A model generated the notes under the pieces. It was not told the DNA's origin. It worked only from the letters and a program-made list of their open reading frames with translations, and did no database searches. Positions 48,867-60,218 of a DNA stretch of 64,000 nt are shown piece by piece. Where the stretch lies: contig OZ024743.1 in NCBI GenBank assembly GCA_964016885.1, positions 15,686,001 to 15,750,000 on the forward strand, in the 5' to 3' direction. Each line of letters begins with the position of its first letter. Within the stretch, counting starts at the first letter, position 1. Source of the stretch: Eledone cirrhosa. Lineage: Eukaryota. The position numbers were made by a program, and so were the translations under genes.

Positions 48867-49131
48867 ATTCAGTAGGTCTATAAATTCATTCTTCTAATCA
48901 CTAAGAGTATGAGAATTAGCAGCAATAAAAGAGTATACAGTTTTAATCAACATGTATCTCAGTTCAAAGTACGAAATTTAATTTCTGATTTGAAACTTTA
49001 CTGGAGAACAGAAGATGGTACAGTTCCTCCATCAATATTATGTAATTATAAATGTCATCTTTCTAAAGTATATTGATGAATGCTTGTTTGACTTTGTTAT
49101 ACACAAAATACAATGCAATATTAAAAATAAT

Positions 49132-49306
49132 TGTTTCTACTTTTGGCACAAGGCCAGCAATTATCCCAGTGCATTACTGGTACTTTATTTTATCGACCCC
49201 GTAAGGATGATAGGCAAAGTTAACCTCGCCGGGATTTGAACTCAGATCATAAAGGGAGGTAACTCTATGCTTCCGACCCTTGCCGATACTGCCAATCCAC
49301 CGCCCT
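49132..49306 (-). mobile_element. tRNA-derived SINE (family A), 18-bp TSD
   Basis: Colinear with 22464-22650 apart from a small internal deletion. TSD TGCAATATTAAAAATAAT at 49114-49131 and 49307-49324. Confidence 0.92.
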
Positions 49307-50286
49307 TGCAATATTAAAAATAATGACAAAGGCTTATTTCAGCTGTGCAGCTGAAGGTTTCTGAAATTAAGCATTTGCTATCAGAACAACTAAAGGATAT
49401 TTTCTGTTAAGAATAAATGCCCAGGTTCCTTATTGCTAATTGCATAAGCTACAAAATCATTCATAACAGGACATTAATTCTAGTTTTTTTGTAGGGGGGG
49501 AATGCTAACACCTAATGTTATAATGAAGTTGCTGGATCACATTAAAGCAAAGAGTGACACATCTGTGATAGAACAGTCAAGTCTTGCATCAATTATTTCC
49601 TCAATACTTTGCTTCATACACACTTGAGAAGACACAGTCTCAAACATTTTCTATTGAGCCTGAGATAAACCAATCTAGCTACTATTATCCAAGACTAAAT
49701 TGCAAAACCTGTGGATAACAATGTGTTTGTGGAAAATGTCAATCATTTTGGAAATTTTGCTATGGATGTGGGAGCAAATGTCATTTTATATCTTTTTGTT
49801 TAGCCAGCAATGATAACTTCATTGGAGATGGCTTGTAACAGAGCACTCCTAAAGTAAAGCCATCAGATGTTAGGAAACATGATAGAAATGATTCTGTTGA
49901 TGAGGATAATGGAAGGGGAACTGGGAGGATGCTAGGCCAGGGGTGTTTAATCACTATGCAAAAAGGTCACAGACCACTAGTTACCATCTTTTTAGAAACA
50001 AGCATGGTGCCAGAAATCTAAAGATGTCTTGGTGGAATTATGAAGCATTAAGAACTTTGAAAATATAGTCGCCAAAAATAACTATAATAATAGTTGTTAT
50101 CTATGGATAATAGTTGAATAAATCAAGTAAAGTAACCCATTACATGGAAAAAGTGAACAGGGATGCTAGGGAACAATGAACTACACATCTCTCATATGCA
50201 GGTTGAGCACATTTAACCATTAAACCAATAGGTCCCTGATTACTAATTACACATTTTTTAGAATGTTTAATAGTAATATATATATA

Positions 50287-50622
50287 TCATCATCATTTCA
50301 TTTTACGTCCGCTTTTGCCTGCTTGCAAGGGTGGGACGGGAACTGATTCTGGCTTGATTTCTACAGCTGGATGCCCTTCCTAACACCAACCTCATTTACA
50401 GTAAGTGGTGGGTGCTTTTTTGCCATGGCACCCCCACGACCACTTTGCAGTGGAATGATAGGGACCCCAGTCCCTATCATCTCATTTCTACAGCTGAGTA
50501 AACTGGAGCAATCTGAAATAAAGTGTCTTGCTCAAGGAAACAACACATCACTCGGTCTGAGAATTGAACTCACAACATTTCGATTGCAAGGACAATGCTT
50601 TAACCACTAAGCCATGTGCCTC
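50287..50622 (-). mobile_element. tRNA-derived SINE (family B) with CORE-like block and RTE-derived 3' tail
   Basis: Sense: ggaggcacatggcttagtggtt (A box), gagttcaattc (B box), ccttgagcaagacactt (CORE-like), then ~170 nt matching the RTE 3'UTR (tgtaaatgaggttggtgttaggaagggcatccagctgtagaaatcaagcc; compare 59819-59880) and ggacgtaaaatga/(GAT)n. Confidence 0.82.
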
Positions 50623-50869
50623 CATATATATAGGGAGTGGTGGGAGGGGTCGAAGGCGACGGAGAGGTCTTAGAAGTGGACGTGGGTGGTGGAGATAGAG
50701 GTGGTGAAGTGGAGGGAGGCAGCAGAAGAAGGAGAGAAAGGAGTCGAGCTGTTCTCGGGTGAGGGTCGTGGCTCCGATACAGTCGTCAATGTAACGACCG
50801 TACAGTTCGGGCGTGGGGCCGGTGTACTGGGCATATATATATATATATATATATATATGCCCAGTACAC

Positions 50870-51773
50870 CGGCCACCACTCCCTCGTCACCTCCACCTTC
50901 TTCAAACCCACCGACTCCCATTCTTACCTCGACTTCACCTCTTTCCACCCCACCCATACTAAACACTCCATTCCCTACTCCCAACTCCTCAGGATCCGCC
51001 GCCTCTGTAGCCGAGATGCTGACTTCGAGTCCCAGGCCCTTTCCCTAGTCAGCCATTTCATCCGCAGAGGTTACCCCTCCTCTCTCGTCCACACCGCTCT
51101 CACCCGCGCCCGTGCTGTCCACCGCTCCACTACCCTCACCCCACGCCAACGCACACCCACCCACCGTCTCCCCTTCCCCATCACCTACCACCCCTCCACC
51201 GCACCATCCGCCGCCTCTTCCGACGCCTCCAGTCCGACCCCTCCACCTCCCACATCTTCCCAACCCCACCACTCCCCTCCTTCAAACGCGCACGCAATCT
51301 CCGCACCCTCCTCGTCCACAGCTCCCTACCCCCCAACCCACGCTCTTCCCCCCCCCGGTTCCTTTCCCCGTTCTAGGCTCCGCTAAAACACCTGTCCCCA
51401 CATCACCAACACCACCACCTTCCAGGGTCCCAACGGCCACTCTCTCTCTGTCCGGCATGCCTTCCGCTGCACCTCCTCCAACCTAGTCTACGGACTTCGC
51501 TGCACGGAATGCGGCGCGACTTATGTCGGACAGACGGGACGTCGCCTGGCGGACCGATTCACTGAGCACCTCCGGGATATTCGTCTCGGTGGTAGTTCCC
51601 CCATCGCCCGCCACTTTGGTGCCCCTGGACATTCCGCACGCCATCTCACAGTCTGTGGCCTACTCCAATGCCACGGAACACCCGCCAATCTCCTTAGAGT
51701 CGAACAAAGAACCATCTTCATCTTACAGACCCACACTCCCCCCGGCCTGAACTCCCCACCCTTATTCCTTTAG
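50870..51773 (+). pseudogene. Penelope RT thumb plus GIY-YIG endonuclease (missed by the ORF track), with an in-frame stop
   Basis: Manual translation. FRCTSSNLVY codons start at 51462; premature TAA near 51383. Confidence 0.85.
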
Positions 51774-52928
51774 CCTTCGACCGCCCCCTCCCCCCACACA
51801 TATCCCCCACTAACACCACTAACACACCCCTCCTTTTCACCGCCCACCCCACAACTAACAATACTAACACCTCCACTCCACCCCTCATCCGACCACCCTT
51901 CCCCAACTAACATACTAACATCCCTCCCTTCTTCTCCTCCCCCCTCCTTATCACACGCACACACCCACCAGCACATATATACACGCGCTCACACTAAACA
52001 CACACCCTACTACCACCACTAACCCTCACCCCCACACCTCCATCCCACCACTCGCAACTAACCTCACTAACACCCCCTGACCCCAAGCACACGAACACAC
52101 GCACCCACTTACACCACCCACACCACACGCAACTAACATCACTAACACCCCCAACCCCACGCACACGTACCCACACACCCTCGTACACCACCAACTCTAC
52201 ACACCCTACCACCACTAACCCCCACTCACACCTGCATTCAACCCTTTCCCCACCTCCCGTATACTAACACCCACTAACACCCCCTTCATCAAACTACACA
52301 CACACCAGTACACCACACTCCCTCCGTCGAACTACACACACCCTTCTCTCCCCGCTCCACCCACACCTTTTCTCCACACTCACTCATCCCACTAACACCT
52401 CTACTAATACACACCCTCCTCACTCCAACTTTCACACCTACCCATCCTCGCCCCTTTACCATTCCACCCGACTACTGCTACGCCCTCTGACCACCTCCCA
52501 GCACAAACAGACACACAGCACTCCCACCGCCTTGACCACTTCCTGTTGCACGCGCACCCCACATCTCTCCTCTTCCGACTATCTCTTCATGGAATACTCG
52601 TATGTGGAACTTGACCACCGTGGAATCTACTACCATCATAGGAGTTTACCAACATTTCAACCATCCTCTTACGGAATCACCTATATAACTCACCCACACA
52701 CACACCCAAAAACATTTTTTTCTCCCACACGCCGCCTACACCCACAACACGTTTAAACCACACACACACGTGCTTTCCACCACATATTTACACCCTCAGC
52801 CTCCTGATTCCTCTCCCCCCACCCATCTATCCACACACGCACAGACACTCCGACCTACCCCCCCCCCCCCCACACACACACACCTCTTCCTGAACATGCA
52901 ACCCCGTTATTCCCCCAACCCTTGCTTT

Positions 52929-52959
<31 letters not shown>

Positions 52960-53260
52960 GTACACCTACACACACACACCACCTTCAGCCCTCCCCGCTC
53001 GGACACCCCGTCTCCCTCTCCCCACTCCACCCGCCATCACCCCTACACACCCCACACCCTTCCACCACCTGTTTTACCCCCTTTTTAATTTCAGTTTATT
53101 TTGATCATGCTTTTATATTTATTTTTATTTCATTTATTTTTAATTTGATCATGCTTTATTTTTATTTTTATTTTTAATTTCATTCGCACCGTTTCCTTTC
53201 GCTATATGTCTCTCCAACACTCACCTACACACCCTTTGAACTCTGTTCCCACATACTTCT

Positions 53261-53294
53261 CACCTGAGGAAGAGCTTATGCCCGAAAGGTCGTT
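53261..53294 (+). ncRNA. Minimal hammerhead-ribozyme-like motif in the Penelope 3' terminal region
   Basis: CAC-CTGAGGA-agagcttatgccc-GAAA-GGTC. Minimal hammerheads are an established feature of Penelope-like elements. Stems are imperfect in this copy. Confidence 0.55.
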
Positions 53295-53489
53295 CCCCAC
53301 CACCACCCCACTCTCCAGAGCGTGAAATTAATAAACATTCGTTGTACTGCCTCTCTGTTTTGTTCCTGTTCAAATTTTTCCATTATATATATATATATAT
53401 ATATATATAGAAGGATTTAAATGGATATAGTTTAGTTAAAAGGAATTTATTGACACATGTTTCAATAACAGTTATGTTTATTTGTGTGC

Positions 53490-53610
53490 TTGTGTGTGTG
53501 TGCGTGTGTGTGTGTGTGTGTTTGAATTTCTTTACTTAAAAAGAAATTCAAACACACACACACACACAACACACACACACAAGCACACAAATAAACATAC
53601 ATATCTTTAC
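53490..53610. repeat. Palindromic repeat (GT)n-TTTGAATTTCTTT-loop-AAGAAATTCAAA-(CA)n; second copy at 57449-57560
   Basis: Direct reading. Both copies are followed by 'caaataaacatacatatctttac'. Confidence 0.7.
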
Positions 53611-54210
53611 TTTCTTTATTCAATAGCAAATCTGAATTCTGACACCCCAGCGAACTAACCATATTCACTGAACCAGAACAATTCTCCCATCCCTTTCTCT
53701 TGACCATTATCTTTCACTTATCATAAAATCCTCTAAAAAGGCTACAGAATGGATTTCCAAATAAGGGCACAAAATTTAATGAAAACTTGTTCACGTGACA
53801 GCCATAATTTCATTTATAACCAACCAAAAAAAAAAAGCCTTCGTGAGCCCCTTTTTTCAAGTTAAAAGAAATTCAAACACTCATATATGAAAAAACAACC
53901 TGTGACACCCCCCCCCCCCCCCTCTTATTTGAAGAACTATTGTAACGCGAACTGGCGCGAAATTTATTATAATTATTGACAAACCAATCAAATTACTTCT
54001 CGAAAAACCTGTCATTTCGAGCCACTTTTTCCATATAAAACAAGTAACATTCAGAGACCAACCAGATGGGAGAAAAACCACAGACCCTCCATCTCAACTC
54101 ACCTTTTGAAAAGCAGAAGAACTGCGAAACCGGTAAAGGAACCAAATAAAAATATATATATTTAAAAAAAAAATAAGACTCCAGTTGCATTTTTGGTTTC
54201 ATCTCTTTTT

Positions 54211-54245
<35 letters not shown>

Positions 54246-55055
54246 TATATATATATATATATATACAAAGCTATTAAATAAATTTGTCGAGTGCTCTGAA
54301 TCAGTTATAAACATTTATATTTGTTGAATTACAACAAATTGAATATCCCTTCTGCTTATATATATATATATTCCTAAACATTTTTTTGGCGGGGGTGAAA
54401 CTCAGACTGGCATTTCAAAGTTGGCTGACATAAGAAATTGGCCACATGCTATCCTCATGCTAAGAAGTAAGTTACACTGATATTTATGTTTTGTGAAATT
54501 CTTCTTTTCTATATCAATTAAGAAATGTAATGTCATACCTTTAAAGATTTAGAACTATAGTTGGAAACATTTTATGTTCTGAGACACTGGACTTCATCCT
54601 TACTTACTGCAATAAGGATGGTAATGGCCTTTTGTAAAAATAACTCCTGTAATGTTGGCCACCTCTTTCAGTGCACCTCCCTTTTTTATATCAATTTTAA
54701 ATGTAATATTAATTAAATAAAATTATAAAAATAGCAAGTAGGCAAGTAGTGTTGACAATGTTTCTCTTCTCTGAATTATAACATTGATGTAAATTGAAAA
54801 TCTTTAACATAATTTAGTTCATCTTTTGAGGGGTGGTGTTCAAGCTTTGATTATATATCCAAGTTTAGCCATAGCAAAGTTTCTTATCTCCAGCATATGT
54901 GTCAATTCTGCTATTTCTATATGCACTTGTGGTTTTTATTTGATACTAACTTGAGGTCTTTATAGATATTTATACTTATAAGAGTGTAGCTAGGTCAAAA
55001 CTGCATATATGTTTCACAAAGAAATAAGCAGACAGCAGGCAGACACAGATAGAGA

Positions 55056-55249
55056 TATGAGGGTTGACTGAAAAGCTTATAAGCTGAACAATATAGAATA
55101 TTGGAATGACCAAATGAGATTTATTTTTCAATATAGTCCCTGGAAAGAAACAATGAAGTTATTAATAAGAAAAGTTGAAATAAATGCTTGTAACATTTCA
55201 AAGATTTAGCATAACATTTTCATAATTAGCCTATGAACATTTCAGCCTA

Positions 55250-55257
<8 letters not shown>
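55056..55257. mobile_element. Tc1/mariner-type MITE, degraded
   Basis: Imperfect 30-nt TIRs including flanking TA: TATGAGGGTTGACTGAAAAGCTTATAAGCT versus the reverse complement of the right end TATGATGGTAGGCTGAAATGTTCATAGGCT (23/30 by eye). Confidence 0.55.
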
Positions 55258-55286
<29 letters not shown>

Positions 55287-55799
55287 TCATCATTTAATGT
55301 CTATTTTCCCTGCTAGCAAGTATTTGATGGGTCATTACAGATGGGCCAGGGTAGAAACTCACATACATTCCTGCTCTTTAAAGATTGCCCTAGGTTCCCT
55401 TTATCATGCCATCAGACTGAGAGGTTTTATCTCTTTGACACAACTCAATGAGTTATTTCAATCTCTTGTTTTGAATACACAATAATGAACTGAATAAAGC
55501 AAATGAATTAGGGGTTGAGTGGCTGGCTGGCAGATAAATGCTTAATCTGCTAAAATTATTTGATAATTTGATGAAATTAAAGTTAAACATTGACTTAGTC
55601 TCATAGTCTGTTGTGCTATGGAAATGAAACCATGAAATGTTATACATACATACATACAAACATATCTATATGTATGTATAAACCCATAATTCCTGGTAGA
55701 TTCATAGGAATGCCATAAAGAATGACTGTGTTTCTTGAGCATTTTAAAACTTGGCAGAGGCCATACCCAAAAGAGCATGATGGGGAAGGAATGAAGAGA

Positions 55800-55955
55800 T
55801 ATACTGGAAGAATCAAACCTAGTACTGAGCTGTTATGTTATCAAACTCAAAAGACGTAAAGGTAAAATTGACCTCAGTAGGATTTGAACTAGCAGTGCAG
55901 AGAAACAGACCAGAAGCCTAAAGCATTCTACCTGACATTGTGATTGCTCTGTCCA
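55800..55955 (-). mobile_element. SINE family A, degraded
   Basis: gtact...ttatc...aaaggtaaaattgacctcagtaggatttgaact. Confidence 0.45.
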
Positions 55956-55973
55956 ATATATATATATATATAT

Positions 55974-56085
55974 TTCATTTTACGTCCGCTTTTCCCTGCT
56001 TGCAGGGGTGGGACTATGTACAATGCATATAGACACTTTTGCAATCTTGGTTAAACTCTGGTATATATGTACAGATATAAATTTA

Positions 56086-56090
<5 letters not shown>
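55974..56090 (-). mobile_element. Short RTE-tailed non-autonomous element (~120 nt)
   Basis: Inverted near-identical copy at 60020-60219. RTE-like end gcaagcagggaaaagcggacgtaaaatga. Confidence 0.65.
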
Positions 56091-56174
<84 letters not shown>

Positions 56175-56186
56175 CACATATATAGA

Positions 56187-57293
56187 TGTAGTGGGATCAC
56201 AGGTAAGCTAACTAAGAACATAGATTTTACATGTGGGCCGGTGTTCTGGGGCAATAAGTAGCAGCAAGTGCCCACAAAATACTAGCTCTTTCAACTGCGT
56301 AGAGGGTTCTATAGAAATAGTGGACAGCTTCCGTTACCTGGGTGACAAAATCAGCAGTGGGGGAGGGTGCTCTGAAAGTACGGTAGCTAGAGTCAGAACT
56401 GGGTGGAAAAAGTTCAGAGAGCTTATACCACTATTAGTCGCTAAAGGGTTCTCCGTAAAAATGAAAGGCAGGCTGTAGGATGCCTGCATACGAACAGCTA
56501 TGTTGCATGGCAGTGAGACCTGGGCATTGTGTGCAGAGGATATACGCAGACTAGAGAGAAACGAAGCTTGCATGCTCCGCTGGATGTGTAATAGTAATAT
56601 ACGTGAACGACAAAGCATAAACGAACTAAGGAAAAAATTAGAAATAAGAGGGATCAGATGTTGTTTACTAGAGAGAAGGCTACGTTGGTATGGTCACGTG
56701 ATGTGCATGAAGGACGATAGCTGTATAACAAAGTGCAGGGCAATAAAGATAGACGGTAGCCACGGAATAGGCAGACCCAGAAAAACCTGGGACGAGCTGA
56801 TAAACTCCGACCTCACACACTTACACCTCACCAAGACAATGTCACTGGACCGAGACCTTTGGCGGTACTCAGTAATAGAGAAGACCCGCCTTACCTAAAT
56901 ACAAAGTAAAACCTACTACAGTCAGTAGGCATCTCTAACAAAATACACCCCGTCCCACCACCCCACCCCATCCACACCGCCCCCTTCTATGTAAAGTTAT
57001 GTTGGTGCCACACCATCCAGGCCGAAACAAATGAGATCGTGTAGGTGTCACGACAAAAAAAACACACAGTCCACGCTGTAATGTGGCCGTGTAGGCAACA
57101 CGGTAAAAATCTCCCAGACCCACACTGTAAATGTGGTTGGTATTAGGAAGGGCATCCAACTGTAGAAAACCTGCCAGACAGTCCTATGCGAGCAAGACAA
57201 TCACTCTTGCCTCAAGTGGGAAAACCCCCGTCCAAACTGATGCAAGCGTGGAACACGGACGTTAAACGTTGATGATGATGATGATGATGATGA
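56187..57293 (+). mobile_element. RTE LINE 3' fragment (second subfamily)
   Basis: DSFRYLGD, MLHGSETW, RRLRWYGHV, GRPRKTW. Distinct 3'UTR sharing the ttaggaagggcatcc block. (GAT)n tail. Inserted in (TA)n. Confidence 0.9.
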
Positions 57294-57424
57294 TATATAT
57301 ATATATATATATATATATGTATAAATATATATAAATATTTGCTCTACGGTTCTTATATATTTGATATATATTTATCCTTATCGAGCCCTCTTTGGATTTT
57401 AGTCTTCAATTTTATTATTATTAC

Positions 57425-57457
<33 letters not shown>

Positions 57458-57613
57458 TTGAATTCCTTTTTAAGTAAAGAAATTCAAACACACACACAAC
57501 ACAACACACACACACGCACACACACACATGCACGCAAATAAACATACATATCTTTACATGGAACTCATTTAACCATCTTTTGCTCTTATATATTATATAT
57601 ATATATATATAAT

Positions 57614-59988
57614 GAGTGACTTGGTGGTGGAACAATAAGGTAGATGAAGCAGTCAAGGCCAAGAGACAGGCATGGAAAGAATGGAAGAACGGGGGGAGCA
57701 GGGTACATTACATAGAGACCAAGAGGGAAGCTAGGCGACAAGTATACTTAGCTAGGAGGGAAGCAGAGGATAGAAAATTCAAGCATGTTTTACAACGTGA
57801 GGACCAGAAACAGGAGGTATTCAAGATTGCGAGGCAGTGTGTCAGAGATAGTTGTGATGTCATTGGAGAGAAGTGTATCCGGAATGATAAAGGTGAGCTT
57901 GCCCTCACAAGTGCTGAGAAGAAAGATGCATGGAAGAGTCATTATGATAGATTACTAAATGAGGAGAATGCATGGGAAGAAGAGACCCTACCCCACATAG
58001 ACCCTATAGAGGGACCAGCAGTACAAGTCAGTGGCAGCGTAGTAAGTAAGGCAATCAGAGATATGAAGATAGGGAAGGCAACCGGTCCATCGGGTATAGC
58101 TGCCGAGATGCTGAAGGCATCTGGGTCTGTAGGTCACACTATAACCACACGTATCGTTAACCAGGTAATACTAGAGGGGGCCATACCAAAAGATTGGTGC
58201 AGTAGCATCATTGTCAACTGCTACAAAGGTAAAGGCGATGCACTAGATAGAGGAAACTATAGAGGTATAAAGTTGATGGACCAGGTCATGAAAGTAACAG
58301 AAAGAGTTATAGCACAGCTGATTAGGGACCGGGTGAATATAGACGAGATGCAATTTGGGTTTGTACCAGGGAAAGGCACCACTGATGCGCTCTTCCTTGT
58401 GAGGCAATTACAGGAAAAGTACCTAGCTAAAAGTAAGCCACTCTACTTGGCATTTGTCGACCTTGAGAAAGCCTTTGACAGAGTTCCACGTGCAGTAATC
58501 TGGTGGGCTCTTAGAAAACTAGGAGTAGATGAATGGCTTGTGAAAGCGGTACAAGCCATGTATAGGGGAGCAGTCAGCAAAGTTAGGATTGGCAATGAGT
58601 ATAGCGAGGAATTTAGCGTACAGGTTGGGGTCCACCAGGGCTCTGTTCTTAGCCCTCTCCTGTTCATCATAGTCCTGCAGGCAATAACGGAGGAGTTTAA
58701 GACCGGATGCCCATGGGAACTCCTGTATGCTGATGACCTCGCACTCATAGCTGAATCTATGGTAGAACTAGAGAATAAATTCCAAACCTGGAAGCAGGGA
58801 CTAGAGAGAAAGGGCCTCAAAGTCAACATGACAAAGACTAAGGTCCTTATAAGTAGACGAGAAAACAGAACCCAGATCCCCTCAGGGAAATGGCCTTGCT
58901 CAGTATGTAGGAAAGGTGTAGGTAGGAACTCCATTCTTTGCCCCAAATGCAAACAATGGGTACACAAGAGATGTAGTGGGATCTCAGGAAGCTTAATTAA
59001 GAATGTAGGATTCACATGCAGCAGCTGTGCTGAAACAGCAAGCAAACAGCCACAGGAAACAAGTACCACCAATCTCTGGGAGGGCCCTGTAGAAACAGTA
59101 GACAGCTTCTGCTACCTAGGTGACCGAATTAGCAACGGAGGTGGGTGCTCAGAAAGTACAATAACTAGGGTAAGAACGGGATGGAAGAAGTTTAGGGAAC
59201 TACTACCACTGCTAGCTGCAAAAGGCTTCTCCCTCAGAATGAAAGGCAGACTGTATGATGCGTGTATCCGAACAGCGATGTTGCATGGTAGTGAGACCTG
59301 GGCGCTGAAGGTGGAAGACTTACGTAGATTAGAGAGAAACGAAGCCTGCATGCTCCGATGGATGTGTAACAGTAATATACGTGAACGACAAAGCATAAAT
59401 GAATTGAGAGAGAGACTGAGCATAAGAGGAATCAAATGCTGCGTGCAGGAGAGGCGGTTACGCTGGTATGGACATGTGATGCGTATGAAAGATGACAGCT
59501 GCATAAAAAGGTGCAGAGCACTAGAAGTTGATGGAAACCGCGGAGTGGGGAGACCCAAGATGACTTGGGATGAGGTGATAAAAGCCGACCTTACCCAACT
59601 ACACCTCTCAAAGTCAATGACACACGACCGTGACTTCTGGCGTCACGCAGTAATACAGGGTACCCGACCTCCCATGGGTACATGCTGAAGCATATAAACA
59701 ATATGCCCCCCCCCCCCCCCCACCGCAAGGTGGTCGTGGAGGTGCCACGGCAAAAAAGCACCCAGCCCACACTGTAAAGTGGACGTGTAGGCGCCACGAA
59801 AAAGCACCCAGCACTCACTGTAAATGAGGTTGGTGTTAGGAAGGGCATCCAGCTGTAGAAATCAAGCCAGATCAGTTCCTGTATGAGCAAGGCATGGTCA
59901 GCCGACCAGACACTGCCCACAACAGGACAACCCGTCTAACCCATGCTAGCGTGGAAGAACGGACGTAAAACGGTGATGATGATGATGA

Positions 59989-59991
<3 letters not shown>
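57614..59991 (+). mobile_element. RTE LINE, 5'-truncated, relatively young
   Basis: Open 690-aa frame, 3'UTR, (GAT)n tail. (TA)n on both sides. Confidence 0.95.
57616..59688 (+). CDS. RTE ORF C-terminal 690 aa: reverse transcriptase with inserted PHD-like C4HC3 finger; endonuclease lost by truncation
   Basis: NYRGIKL, QFGFVPGKGTTDA, FVDLEKAFDRV, GVHQGSVLSPLLF, YADD, CSVC..CPKC..WVHKRC..CSSC, FCYLG, HGSETW, RLRWYGHV. Confidence 0.9.
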   Translation: MTWWWNNKVDEAVKAKRQAWKEWKNGGSRVHYIETKREARRQVYLARREAEDRKFKHVLQREDQKQEVFKIARQCVRDSCDVIGEKCIRNDKGELALTSAEKKDAWKSHYDRLLNEENAWEEETLPHIDPIEGPAVQVSGSVVSKAIRDMKIGKATGPSGIAAEMLKASGSVGHTITTRIVNQVILEGAIPKDWCSSIIVNCYKGKGDALDRGNYRGIKLMDQVMKVTERVIAQLIRDRVNIDEMQFGFVPGKGTTDALFLVRQLQEKYLAKSKPLYLAFVDLEKAFDRVPRAVIWWALRKLGVDEWLVKAVQAMYRGAVSKVRIGNEYSEEFSVQVGVHQGSVLSPLLFIIVLQAITEEFKTGCPWELLYADDLALIAESMVELENKFQTWKQGLERKGLKVNMTKTKVLISRRENRTQIPSGKWPCSVCRKGVGRNSILCPKCKQWVHKRCSGISGSLIKNVGFTCSSCAETASKQPQETSTTNLWEGPVETVDSFCYLGDRISNGGGCSESTITRVRTGWKKFRELLPLLAAKGFSLRMKGRLYDACIRTAMLHGSETWALKVEDLRRLERNEACMLRWMCNSNIRERQSINELRERLSIRGIKCCVQERRLRWYGHVMRMKDDSCIKRCRALEVDGNRGVGRPKMTWDEVIKADLTQLHLSKSMTHDRDFWRHAVIQGTRPPMGTC

Positions 59992-60019
<28 letters not shown>

Positions 60020-60024
<5 letters not shown>

Positions 60025-60218
60025 TAAATTTATATCTGTACATATATACCAGAGTTTAACCAAGATTGCAAAAGTGTCTGGGCGGTGCCCCAGCATGGCC
60101 TCAGCCAGGTGGCTGAAACAGGTAAAAGAGTAAAAGAGTATATGCATTGTACATAGTCCCACCCCTGCAAGCAGGGAAAAGCGGGCGTAAAATGAAATGA
60201 AAATGAAAATGAAATGAA

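Larger units (their letters stand above)
50633..53383 (+). mobile_element. Penelope-like element, 5'-truncated with inverted 5' segment
   Basis: Plus 50870-51773: KPTDSHSYLDF..HP..TKHSIPYSQLLRIRRLCS...RGYP, FKRARNLRTLLVHS, GIY-YIG-type NLVYGLRCTECGATYVGQTGRRLADRFTEH...E..I..L.T..P.GLN. Minus 50633-50832: RYIDDC. (TA)n on both sides. Confidence 0.9.

Noticed and set aside
50686-51486. Pro-rich ORFs (extensin-like)
   Set aside because: Alternative frames of the C-rich Penelope coding sequence.
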